IMG/VR virus record: IMGVR_UViG_3300042564_002498
Coordinates: 1 to 25,105 of that record
Origin: a virus
Taxonomy: Duplodnaviria; Caudoviricetes
Strand: one strand, 5' to 3'
Length of the DNA: 25,105 nucleotides
Translations under genes and position numbers: made by a program
Shown here: positions 6,502 to 17,000 of the stretch, piece after piece
How positions within the stretch are numbered: the stretch's first letter is position 1
Layout of the letters: the number at the start of each line of letters is the position of its first letter
The notes under the pieces: model-generated
Database searches by the model: none
Told to the model about the DNA's origin: nothing
Seen by the model: only the letters and a program-made list of their open reading frames with translations

Positions 6502-9485
6502 TATTGTGAACAATTAATATTAATGTTTATCCCCACGTCTAAAGAAACTGAACTTGTTATAGTATTATCTAAACAACTTAAATTAGTAATTGTTAATGTA
6601 TTACCATCTAAAGAATATGTATACCCATATTTAATCAATTGTGGTAAATATTCAATTAATGCTAGCCTCCATTGAGTTGGTGTTGGGGAATCTGAAATTC
6701 CGTATCCGGTATAGAATAACTCTTGAATAATTTGTTGACCATTTATCTTTAAATCAACATACCAATTACTTAATACTGAATTTGAATAACATTGATTTAA
6801 GGTCAATCCACTTTGGTCTAACATATAATTAACTCGGTTAACTAAAATACTATTAAAGTTTGATACATCAATATCACCATTAAACCAAGGGTATATGTTA
6901 AATTCTGCAAATTCAGAATTACAATTATAATCAAAAATACCTGAAATAATAAAACATGGGTTAACTGGTACCGGAATAAATTGACATCCTCTTTGTCTTC
7001 GATAGACAAACTTTTGTTTGTGGAATATTGAATTTTCAAGTCTAACACCACCATTCCATATTGTAGTCGCCGGAACCATTTGTTCCACCAACTTTGTCCA
7101 ATACGGGCCAATACCATTCACATAATCAATTAATTTTTGATAAGTATATTGATTGTTGGGTATCCCAACTGTTTGTTCTGACTCAATATATTTCCAAAAG
7201 ATTGATTGTAGAGTCGGGTATCCTCCGGTTTTACCATCAGTAATGTATTGTCGATTTCTTGTGTTAATCATGTTTTCCCAAAATGTTTGAGAAAATTCAA
7301 AAAATGTTTTTTTCTTTGGTTCAGGATTTACATATGTTGAGTCGACTCCTCCCGGAACCGGATAGTTAACCGTTAATCCTGTTTCAGGGATTGGATAATC
7401 GTATTGTCTAGATTGGTCCCAAACATCATATACTAATCCTTGGGCCGGATTTAAAAATATATCAACATTTTTAACATTTAAGACCAACTTTTCGTTGTCC
7501 ACAAAATAATAAGCGTTGTAATCACCTTGAGTTGATACCCTAATTTTATCGTCATCTGATAACCATGACTTATTATTATCAACAACCTTTCTTAATTTAA
7601 ACCCTTCATTCATATACGGGAAATTCCTGAATCGGTTTAGATAAGTTTGTCCATAAGTGAATGGCATTAATTGAGTCTGAATATTATAATTTTGCCCTGT
7701 AAAAACATCACCAGTTAATTGGACTTCATCAGGACTTCTATGTTGTGGCGTTGTTTCATACCATCCTGCACCAATTTGGAAAAAGTATGTTTCCGTGTTT
7801 CTTGGCGCTTTAGGGTATCCTTCAAAATCTATCGGATAATCACTTAATGTAACACTTACGTTTTCATATGTTGAATTTGTTGTAAATGCGGTATATAAAT
7901 TACCTTTTATTTTATAAGTGTTTCCCGGTAGATACGCAGGTATTGAATCAACATAAGTTCCACCAGATATTTGAGCCCATTGTGTATCAAATTGGTCTAA
8001 ATTAATTTTTTGGTCGGCAAGATAAATATGTTCGTTATATTCAATCAACGAATCAGGTGCACCGATTAATCTTAATAAAAATTCAATTGACCTTCTTGTT
8101 CCTTTGGATTTAAATAGATAAGACGCATTAAGAATTAAATTTCTATAATAAGCATAATTTAATTCAGTTGGTGTGAGAGCTCTCGCATAACCGGGATAAG
8201 TTGGTGTTGAGGTGTTTCCAAATACAGAACTTAAAAAATCTTCGTTTGTTATTGGTGAGAAATTTGATGACCACCCTAAAGTTCTTGATAAATTAACTAA
8301 TAATTCTGAAGGAATATCATTTGATGGGTTATAATTCACTGAATTCATATAAGCCAATCCATCAATGAATTGTTTTATTTGGTCAAAACTTCTACCATAT
8401 ATTTGGAATATTTTTTCAACTTTTTGTCCTAAGGTATCGAACTCTTTTAATGAATCTGTAACTAAAAATCTCGATATTAAATTGGTTTTAAATGAGTCTA
8501 AATTAACCGCAATTTCTTGAATTTGTTCCAAATACGAATCAAATAAAGACGTTAATATATCTAAATTCCAAGGCCCTCTTTTTGGCCAAGTAACTTGCTG
8601 ATATTCCGTATAAAATTGACCATACTCGTTTTGTTGTGGAACTTGGAAAACTGCCGTGTATTCAGGTCTAACTAACCTATTTAATAAAAATTTTTCAACT
8701 TCATCAAAATCTTCTTGAAATACTTTATCTGAAATGTAATCATTTGGTCTAATTTGGAAATCGTCTTCAATTGTAGTTGCGGTTGTTCCAAACGGAGAAC
8801 CTGATACATAGAATTGTAAATACCCTGTCGACAATGTCTCAGATGGAACGAAAAATAAAACTTGATAGATATTATCATTAATACTGACACAATAATCTAA
8901 ATAAGTATTATATAAGTTTCGATATTTTGAGACCTCAATTTCTCTTAATGATAAGTTATTAATCGCATTTACCGAATAATCAATATCAAAAGGGTTTTGG
9001 ATTCTATCGACACTTACTTTAAAGTATGTTTCGTCAGTTTGGGAATCATAATCAATATCATATGCAGTGTATCCGGTAATGAACTGATTGTTATTAAATT
9101 GAATATCTAAAGAAGCGGGAAAATAATTTATTATTTTTGTAATCGAAACACTAAACCTTTTAGATAAAGACCCATACATCGAGAAATTAAGAACTTGGGA
9201 TATATCATAATTCGGATAAACTCTAAATTGTGTCGCAAGAATTGTTCTACTTTGTTCCAAACTTTCGATTCCCATCATGTCTAATGACATTGGTTCCGAA
9301 AATGCTCCAACATTGAAGGTTCTGTTAACTTTCTCGACAACTCCTGTTGTAAACTCAAAGTTACCCTGCGTAAGCCCTCCCCCCTCAACAGTTTGTAAAC
9401 CTACAATGTTGTCTGAGAAAGTCCCCGCCCCGTTACCGGGTCTTGGGGGATAAAAAAATTTTGTGTTCTTAATCTCTACTGCCAT
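6501..9485 (-). CDS. 994-aa baseplate protein with a P2 gpI / T4 gp7-like wedge domain
   Basis: DIPSELLVNLSRTLGW...YYRNLILNASYLFKSKGTRRSIEFLLRLIG (about 8060-8320) matches the KGT motif region of phage tail protein I-type domains, with a later EQMVPAT motif. It lies in the same module as the gp25- and gp6-like genes. Confidence 0.7.
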   Translation of the reverse strand: MAVEIKNTKFFYPPRPGNGAGTFSDNIVGLQTVEGGGLTQGNFEFTTGVVEKVNRTFNVGAFSEPMSLDMMGIESLEQSRTILATQFRVYPNYDISQVLNFSMYGSLSKRFSVSITKIINYFPASLDIQFNNNQFITGYTAYDIDYDSQTDETYFKVSVDRIQNPFDIDYSVNAINNLSLREIEVSKYRNLYNTYLDYCVSINDNIYQVLFFVPSETLSTGYLQFYVSGSPFGTTATTIEDDFQIRPNDYISDKVFQEDFDEVEKFLLNRLVRPEYTAVFQVPQQNEYGQFYTEYQQVTWPKRGPWNLDILTSLFDSYLEQIQEIAVNLDSFKTNLISRFLVTDSLKEFDTLGQKVEKIFQIYGRSFDQIKQFIDGLAYMNSVNYNPSNDIPSELLVNLSRTLGWSSNFSPITNEDFLSSVFGNTSTPTYPGYARALTPTELNYAYYRNLILNASYLFKSKGTRRSIEFLLRLIGAPDSLIEYNEHIYLADQKINLDQFDTQWAQISGGTYVDSIPAYLPGNTYKIKGNLYTAFTTNSTYENVSVTLSDYPIDFEGYPKAPRNTETYFFQIGAGWYETTPQHRSPDEVQLTGDVFTGQNYNIQTQLMPFTYGQTYLNRFRNFPYMNEGFKLRKVVDNNKSWLSDDDKIRVSTQGDYNAYYFVDNEKLVLNVKNVDIFLNPAQGLVYDVWDQSRQYDYPIPETGLTVNYPVPGGVDSTYVNPEPKKKTFFEFSQTFWENMINTRNRQYITDGKTGGYPTLQSIFWKYIESEQTVGIPNNQYTYQKLIDYVNGIGPYWTKLVEQMVPATTIWNGGVRLENSIFHKQKFVYRRQRGCQFIPVPVNPCFIISGIFDYNCNSEFAEFNIYPWFNGDIDVSNFNSILVNRVNYMLDQSGLTLNQCYSNSVLSNWYVDLKINGQQIIQELFYTGYGISDSPTPTQWRLALIEYLPQLIKYGYTYSLDGNTLTITNLSCLDNTITSSVSLDVGINININCSQ

Positions 9486-10393
9486 TAACCTGTAATTGTT
9501 GTGAAGTTTTTACTAAAATCAATGTTATTACCTCTACTTTGTCTAACCTCGTAAAGAAGAGCGTTAAATTGGTCTCTGATTTCATATAAGTTGTATTGTC
9601 TGTATATGTTATTTTCAGAATCGTAGATTGTATAGATACCATCATCAATAGATTTGGTTTGATTACCATAAAGAGCAATCGCAAGAGATGATATATCGTA
9701 TTCAACCATGTCAATCTCTAAGGTAACCGGATTAAAAAATGTATTGGTGATAATTATGTTCTGATTTGGCTGACCAATAAATGGTGTTGCATTTGGGTTG
9801 TTCGTAGGTGAAGAAGATGGAGATAATGTTAAAAATATTAAATTTGAAGAGCCTTCAACATACCGATACCTAATTGATTTTTGAGTTGTGTTAATTTGAT
9901 TAGTAACAACAGGTTCACAAAAGAATGATGAAGTGATTACTCTGAAGAAATTTGGTATTTTTGAACCATCCGGGTTTAAATACTCAACTCTAAAACCAAC
10001 CAACCCTTGTGGGACAAATTTGTTTTGATATTGTGCCGGGACATTTGAAATATCGATAATAATACCTTTAACATTAGGTAATGCATTTAACACACCACAA
10101 TCCGTTATTAAAGTTCTGATTTGAGCCGGTCTTAAATAAAGTGTGTAAATCCCAATTTCATTAAATTGTTCTGCAGGTAATGTTAAATTATATAACCCAC
10201 CTAAAATTTCAACATTAGCGTTTCCTCCGGTTTGAGTATTATTAAAGTAAGGTTTTAATAATGTCGGTGCATCAAGTTCCGTAAGGATAAAATTATCCGT
10301 TACATCTCTCGATGGAGTGTAATTCATTATGATTTGAACGTCTTCAGGGCTTACGTCTGAAGGTCTTATAGTTCCATAGCTTCCAATTGCCAT
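9485..10393 (-). CDS. 302-aa hypothetical protein, probably structural
   Basis: Long ORF with ATG start and a TAATG overlap with the next gene. No family recognised. Confidence 0.8.
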   Translation of the reverse strand: MAIGSYGTIRPSDVSPEDVQIIMNYTPSRDVTDNFILTELDAPTLLKPYFNNTQTGGNANVEILGGLYNLTLPAEQFNEIGIYTLYLRPAQIRTLITDCGVLNALPNVKGIIIDISNVPAQYQNKFVPQGLVGFRVEYLNPDGSKIPNFFRVITSSFFCEPVVTNQINTTQKSIRYRYVEGSSNLIFLTLSPSSSPTNNPNATPFIGQPNQNIIITNTFFNPVTLEIDMVEYDISSLAIALYGNQTKSIDDGIYTIYDSENNIYRQYNLYEIRDQFNALLYEVRQSRGNNIDFSKNFTTITG

Positions 10394-10408
10394 TTTTCCT
10401 TTTTATAT

Positions 10409-10416
10409 TATAAATA
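10409..10416 (-). promoter_or_regulatory. TATTTATA motif 15 nt upstream of the ATG at 10393
   Basis: + strand tataaata within a 25-nt intergenic gap. Confidence 0.55.
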
Positions 10417-10418
10417 GT

Positions 10419-11531
10419 TTAGTTCTTTTTTTCAACATTAAAAAATCCATAACCATAATTTATCATGTCACCCAAATTATCAACTTCCCCCAATCTTTGT
10501 ATTCTTTCAAATGCGGAATTCTTACCTCTTTCAACAAAAAGATTTGTTTGAACCTGAGCTTGGTCAATTACTTTAAGTAAAACCTCCTCTTTGGTAATTG
10601 GGACCGCAGTTAAATTATTCTCGGTAAAACCCGAAGATTGTTCGAAAAATATTGTGGTTCCATCAATATAGTCATAGTAGTTTACATTGTTAATAGTATA
10701 TGCGGTAAATAATGGGTTCATGTCACTAATTGCCCCCCATATTCGACCATTCTTTATAACCGGAGTCCCGACTTGATATTTTATCGGTCCATATAATAAT
10801 AAATCGGTGACACTAGATTTTGTAAATCCCGAAACAGTGTAAGGAATCGTAACATAATTAACTGATGTTTGAGGTGCAACCTCGTTAACCGCATCTCCCG
10901 AAAATATATAATCGTAACTAACTGGCGTGTTTACCCAATTACCACCGGCAGGTATGAAAAAAGATTCACCATTAGGGTTGTTTGGAACAATATTAGTGAA
11001 AGGTGTTGTTATTGTTTTTGTAACTAAAGTTACCCCCCATGGATTTGTTTGTTCCAAAGTTATTTGATATTGTTTATTTGTAGTAGGATAAAGATGACTA
11101 ATTGAATTAGGTGTGTATGTTGTTATTGTCTGTTTTGGACTACCATCGCCCCAATCAACTTTATATGAAGACAAATCCAAAAATTTTTGAAATTCACTTG
11201 AAGTATTATAAATATAAAAAGTATATGGGTCTTGGGTTGTGGAAGAAAATATAAAATTCGCGACAACATCTTTTTGTAAAACTGCCCCATCAAATGGGCT
11301 ATAATATCCAACATCTATTGCGGTTTGTCGTATTAGAATTGGTATGGTCAACCCCGTTAATAATGACGACCCATTAGGACCGGCACTAAGAACTTGAGTC
11401 ATGGCCGAATAAATCCCTGTAGTTGTTCCCATATAATCAGGACCCACAGTTTGACCACTAAGGTTTACTCTAAAAAGGTCTCCAAGAATATTTTCAGGCG
11501 ATATTATTATTTTATAAAAATCTTCCATCAT
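10419..11531 (-). CDS. 370-aa putative structural protein with a PKD-like Ig domain
   Basis: YKVDWGDGS...SISHLY...YQITL (around 11060-11165) is the PKD signature. The start overlaps the upstream stop (TAATG). Confidence 0.75.
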   Translation of the reverse strand: MMEDFYKIIISPENILGDLFRVNLSGQTVGPDYMGTTTGIYSAMTQVLSAGPNGSSLLTGLTIPILIRQTAIDVGYYSPFDGAVLQKDVVANFIFSSTTQDPYTFYIYNTSSEFQKFLDLSSYKVDWGDGSPKQTITTYTPNSISHLYPTTNKQYQITLEQTNPWGVTLVTKTITTPFTNIVPNNPNGESFFIPAGGNWVNTPVSYDYIFSGDAVNEVAPQTSVNYVTIPYTVSGFTKSSVTDLLLYGPIKYQVGTPVIKNGRIWGAISDMNPLFTAYTINNVNYYDYIDGTTIFFEQSSGFTENNLTAVPITKEEVLLKVIDQAQVQTNLFVERGKNSAFERIQRLGEVDNLGDMINYGYGFFNVEKKN

Positions 11532-12379
11532 TAAGGATTAACATATTCATACCATTTTATTGGGGTTGTTGCAGTCGTACCAGCTCTTTGATTTAAACCA
11601 CCATAAAGTTGTGGATTATTCATATTAAATACCTGATATGTTTGTTTCTCATAATCCATCTGAACTCTATAATAGAAATATTTTGTATTATCAAAAACAA
11701 ATTTATTTTGGCCGGGAGGAAGAGATGATTGAGGCATATTCATCATCTTTGTAAAAAATCCTTGTCTTGCGTCAAAAAACTTTGCGGTCATATAAAAAGT
11801 CGTAATGTTCAAAAAATCTCTTTTCTTTAACCAATAAATAAAAAATCCCTCCTTATCTCCAACATAATCCAAAATAAAATATGGTTTTTTAATTTTAACA
11901 GGTGTCCTTTGCATTATCGCATCCATCGTTAACCCTTGTTGTGTTGGTATTATTATTGTAATATAATTTGTTTGTCGTTTTTCATCTACATTATCATATA
12001 AGTCTATTTTGAAAAAAGAATTTGAAAAATTATTGGTATAATAATAAATGTCTTGAGCGGTAAACCCTTCGGACCTGTAATCATTTCTCCAATTTGTGGA
12101 TACATCTAATGAACCTCCCGAATAAAAATTAAATTCATATTGGATATCTGTAACTTCAAAAGGTATGTTTGAATTTGGGTCGGGAACCGATGTCGGAGCA
12201 TGGGCAAATCGATTCACTTCAAAATCGCCAAAACCTCCAGTTACTTTTTTTATGATTTCACCTTCATATTCATCAATACTTTGGTCAAGACCTAAGTAGT
12301 CCCAAGTCAATTCGATAGGTATTACCAATTCTTTATCGGTAAATCCATCTTTCATTATTTGTATTTTATTCACATCCAT
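11531..12379 (-). CDS. 282-aa hypothetical protein, probably structural
   Basis: Aromatic-rich ORF overlapping its neighbours by 14 nt and 1 nt. No family recognised. Confidence 0.8.
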   Translation of the reverse strand: MDVNKIQIMKDGFTDKELVIPIELTWDYLGLDQSIDEYEGEIIKKVTGGFGDFEVNRFAHAPTSVPDPNSNIPFEVTDIQYEFNFYSGGSLDVSTNWRNDYRSEGFTAQDIYYYTNNFSNSFFKIDLYDNVDEKRQTNYITIIIPTQQGLTMDAIMQRTPVKIKKPYFILDYVGDKEGFFIYWLKKRDFLNITTFYMTAKFFDARQGFFTKMMNMPQSSLPPGQNKFVFDNTKYFYYRVQMDYEKQTYQVFNMNNPQLYGGLNQRAGTTATTPIKWYEYVNP

Positions 12380-14099
12380 CGATTAAAGGTTTTACTGGGT
12401 AAGTAACTCCCGTTAATGTGGAGTTATAGTTTATTCCTTCAGGTATTAATCTAAATTGAACTTCTTTAAATGGGTATTGAGCGAAATTTAAAAAAGGATA
12501 ATCAACACCCCGGTTTAAATTATCAATAAATCCATAAGTGTATAAATCTCTCCATCTAAATTGTTGGTCAGCGTTTGAGTAGTAAGCATATCCGGGAATG
12601 CCTTCAATATTCTCAACATCACCCGTTTCAAGATAATCCGAGAAAACTCGTATTGTCATTGATGTGTGAGGTTGGTAATAATACCCAGGCGCATTAGATG
12701 TAGGTGTTGAAGTTGTTGAAAATACATCTTGATTATATTTTAACTTATGATAGTATGTGGATATCACCCTTTCTTTCTGTTCGTAGTCATTCCATTCACA
12801 AAAATCTCCATCAATCGTATCACCAGAAATTAAATTTTGATTATAATAAAATGTTTTTGTTACACCACTAGTTAGGGTGTAATTTAATGTTGGTATGTTT
12901 GTATTCGAGTTAACATTATTATCGTCCCACCAACTATTAGTCTCGAGTGTTTTAGTTAAATTAAATTCCCATCCTTGCTTTAATCCAACATTACTATTTA
13001 AAGATGGTTTATTAAAGTAACCTGTATACCCTTTATTAATTATAGTTAAAAATAATTCAGTAAGGGGCCTTTTTTGATTGTCAAGAACATTATTTAAATC
13101 AAAATCATCTTTATATGTAATATTATACGAATTACTACTAGTTTTTTGGGAAACTCTTGAAATTTTATTTGGAGTGATTGAACTATATTCAAATTTCTTC
13201 TCCTCATTAAAAACATTTTTTTCGAAAGCGTTTTTTGTAATAATAGTTTTATCTAAATTTGTAATTACTTTGTGTTGTCTTACATAATATTTTGAAGTAG
13301 TCTCTAAAATATTTTCAGAATTAATTATTCTTTTAAAAATACCAACTCTCCCATTCGCGAAATTTGACATATTTGTATTTCCAGTGTAACCCACATTATA
13401 AATGTTAAAAATATAGGTTCTGCTATCTAATAACCCATTACCTAAAGAATAAACTTGGAATAATTCTTCACCATTATATTTAAACGGAACATTATTAAAA
13501 ATTATTTGAACATATTCTCCATCCGTTAAACCATGAGGTGCAATACATTCAAAAGATATTAAACTATTACCATTTTGATTTGTTCTACGTATTACAAATG
13601 GAATTCCTTGGGATGCGGTCCAATTTAAACTAGACCCATTCAACTCATAAGACAATTTTTTATTATAATCATTCTCATAAGGATAAGTTAAATAATAACC
13701 CCAATTATATGTATAAGCACTTTTTGCCTGATACCTAATATGTTGGTCATTAACATCAGGTCTATAAAAATCGAACTCGTAATATTGTGGATAACCAACC
13801 CAAACATTATTAAATGAAGAATCCTCAGGTCTCACATAATATAAAGTATTTCTAAACGGGATATACTCTGTAGTTCCAGTATAAGTGTTTGCATACAAAT
13901 AATTTAATTTAAATGTCGGTCTAAAAATTGTGCAAGATTGTCTTTCATCATTATATATTTGAGTAAGACTAATACTCTGACTTCTATCATATTCTGTAAT
14001 TAGTTGACTTTGTTGTTCCAAAGACAATGAAATTTCTTGGTCAACAAATGGAGCAGATTTATATTGTAAACCACTTGGAATGATTGTATACTTATTCAT
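12366..14099 (-). CDS. 577-aa hypothetical protein, probably structural
   Basis: ATG at 14097-14099 (the track starts one TTG codon earlier). Contains APHGLTDGEYVQI, an HGL-x2-G-x2-V beta-barrel-type motif familiar from phage structural proteins. Confidence 0.8.
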   Translation of the reverse strand: MNKYTIIPSGLQYKSAPFVDQEISLSLEQQSQLITEYDRSQSISLTQIYNDERQSCTIFRPTFKLNYLYANTYTGTTEYIPFRNTLYYVRPEDSSFNNVWVGYPQYYEFDFYRPDVNDQHIRYQAKSAYTYNWGYYLTYPYENDYNKKLSYELNGSSLNWTASQGIPFVIRRTNQNGNSLISFECIAPHGLTDGEYVQIIFNNVPFKYNGEELFQVYSLGNGLLDSRTYIFNIYNVGYTGNTNMSNFANGRVGIFKRIINSENILETTSKYYVRQHKVITNLDKTIITKNAFEKNVFNEEKKFEYSSITPNKISRVSQKTSSNSYNITYKDDFDLNNVLDNQKRPLTELFLTIINKGYTGYFNKPSLNSNVGLKQGWEFNLTKTLETNSWWDDNNVNSNTNIPTLNYTLTSGVTKTFYYNQNLISGDTIDGDFCEWNDYEQKERVISTYYHKLKYNQDVFSTTSTPTSNAPGYYYQPHTSMTIRVFSDYLETGDVENIEGIPGYAYYSNADQQFRWRDLYTYGFIDNLNRGVDYPFLNFAQYPFKEVQFRLIPEGINYNSTLTGVTYPVKPLIDGCE

Positions 14100-17000
14100 C
14101 AACCGAATATTTTGTTTTAAATTTATCTAAGGCAGATTCTCCTTGAATTGTTCCAAAGTAAAAATGGTTGGGGGCTCCAACTAAAAATTCGTCAGGCCAT
14201 GTACCAGCACTAAATGAGTAATTACCATTAGAGTCAACATTGAAAATATACCCTCTTTGGTATATATCTTTGTTACCTCCCGTTCCTTGAACATTTGAAC
14301 CCATAAAATAACTTGGAGTTCCTGCAATGTCAGGTTCTCTTCTGTTTAAAGATTGGTAATTTCTACTAAAAATCCCTTCATTGGTAGGACTTTGGTTTGT
14401 TCTCCAAGTATTCCGTTCACTACCAAAAATTGTATTGTTCCCACCTAATTGAGTCAAATCCCATTGATAGAATGGAACAAGTTGTGATTTTATACCATAT
14501 TGGAATGTATTCACATTACTACTAAATGGGGACCTGAAGTTAATAATTCCGGGACTCAAATAATCTTTATTCTGTAAATCAAAAGTTGTTGATGAAAAGA
14601 AAACTCCCATCGTAGGTCCATCTAAAACAACAACAGAACCACTCTCAGGACTATAATATTCAGGTGAAAATGGTATGACACCATACTCAGAATTAATTGA
14701 CATACTTTGAGCCAAATCACCATCAATTCTAAGACCTTTTCTTGAGAATAAGATATTAAGTGCATTATTTAATCCGGACAATATGTTATTCAAAAAATTA
14801 CTATTCGTAATCCTACTAATAACAAACAAATTAACCAAATCTGAAGTGTCAGAATAAGAAGTGGAGTTTAAACTTCTCATGATATAACCCTTAGCTGCAG
14901 GGTCAAATATTATTTCACCATAAAAATCATCTTTATATCCTAAGTTAATTATTGTTGTTGGGAACAATAAATTTCTAACATTTAAAGAACTATTTAACCC
15001 TAATACGGGTGAACCAATAAATCTTGGGTTATTTGCAGATAACAAATACGGTGAACTCCTATAATAAAAATTATTTGTTTTATCATCAAAATACGCAATT
15101 TGATTTGCGAATTCAGATGTTGGTCTGTTATTAATATCATAAAAGGTATCAACTTGGATTGGGAACATATATAACGAACCGTTAACCCAATTATTTACAA
15201 ATGATTGAGCCAAAACTCCCCTACATAACCCATAATAAAATCTAAGTCTATAACCCCATTCCCCAAATGTTCCAATATCTTTTGTTAAATCAAGTAATGG
15301 TTTATTCAACATTACATAACACCCATTTTCAACATTATCTGTGGTTAACGCGTCTTTTTTTACTCCAAAATTAACCCCATTCCCACTATAATATGTCAAT
15401 CCAACCATTTTTTCACAAGTATTCATGGTTTCAAAAACTGTCGCAGATAATACTTGATTTTGAATGTCTGCGGTAACTTGTTCTGCACCTGTTGAAAAAC
15501 TAGGTCCTTTAAAATCTAATCCCGCTTCTTTTGAATATACCGCGAATGATAAATTTTGCTGTAGTAAACCGACACTACCATTTAAAAACGCAAAATCTGT
15601 TGCTCTTTTCTGAACATCAAATCCGTCAGAAGATGGTAAACGGTCAGTTCTCATTACCATTTGCGTCGTAGCACTAATTGTGAGCCCTGCATTAGGTCCT
15701 GTAGTTCCTGTAAATTCAGGTAATAATAATGGGCTAAAGTATAAATTAAAAGGTTGACCTTCACTTAGTTGGTATCCAACGTAATTATCCGAAGTAGGTG
15801 CCCTATTGAAATCCGACATAAATTCTCGTAAAGGACCTCTAAACATATATGCAGCGCCTGATAAGTCTTCATTTGGTTGATATCTAGTACTTGGGTTTAA
15901 TGGGGGTGTTTTTCCGCCATAATTGATGTCAGGTCTCCAAGATGATTTAGTACTTTGTCCTGCAAATAAATTTGCAATTTGAGAACTTGCGACACCCTTC
16001 ATTATTGTAGGTCCTCCAACTGAAATTGAATTAATACCATAAGGAGTATTTGTTGTTACAGTATTACAACAAAAAAAGGAATCTTGTTGAAAACTATTAG
16101 TTTGGATTCCATTTCCATAAAATACTTGATTTAAAATTGAGGTTATTTTTAGTTGGGATGGTGGCCTCACATATCGACTATCTAAAGCTCCATAGTATCC
16201 AACATTACTTGTAGTGTACGATGAAAATGCAAGACCTGGTGTTGTTGAAGCGTTAGGTATTATATTATTTGGAATACCCGGCGTATAAAAATAAGAACCT
16301 GAAAATATTTCACCAACATTTTTATGATTTTGAACCGAAATTGTCGAATTAGAAGGTAATGGTTGGATTGGTATATTCATTCTTGTCATTCCTGTAATTA
16401 CAACCGCATTTTCACTTGAGTGACCCAATATTCTTCCAATACCATAACTATTTTGTAATTTCGGAGAATAAGGGTCAACACCTCTTTGTAATATTAAAAC
16501 CACTTGTTCGTTAAATCCATCTAATATTGAGGTAGGGAAACTAAAATTAGGATTATCGGGTGGGATAACATTTTGATAAACATTATCCGCCACAGGGTTC
16601 TTACTAAAACTTACATTACTTCCACCTATATATCCCCACCTGTCATTTAATCGAGACTCACCACTCCCTATATTAGAAAATAAAAACCCTTTATTATCCG
16701 CAATTAAATCGTTCCAAAACCCTTTGGTTGGGTCGGGGTTTCCTGAATTATCAAGGACTTGTCCCGGTAATGAATAAATTGTTTTACCATTAACAACCGT
16801 AGTTGTTATCGTGATTGCAGTTAATACTTGATAATATTCAAGGTCTGAAGGATAAATATATCTTTGACAAGCCTGTCCATAAGTAATTCCACTTATCTCA
16901 GCAGTTCCACCTAATGTTGTGACATCTATACCATTCTCATTGGTTATTGTTTTAGTTCCAGTTGTTGTTGCAGTTACTGTTACTTTATTGTTAGCACAAC

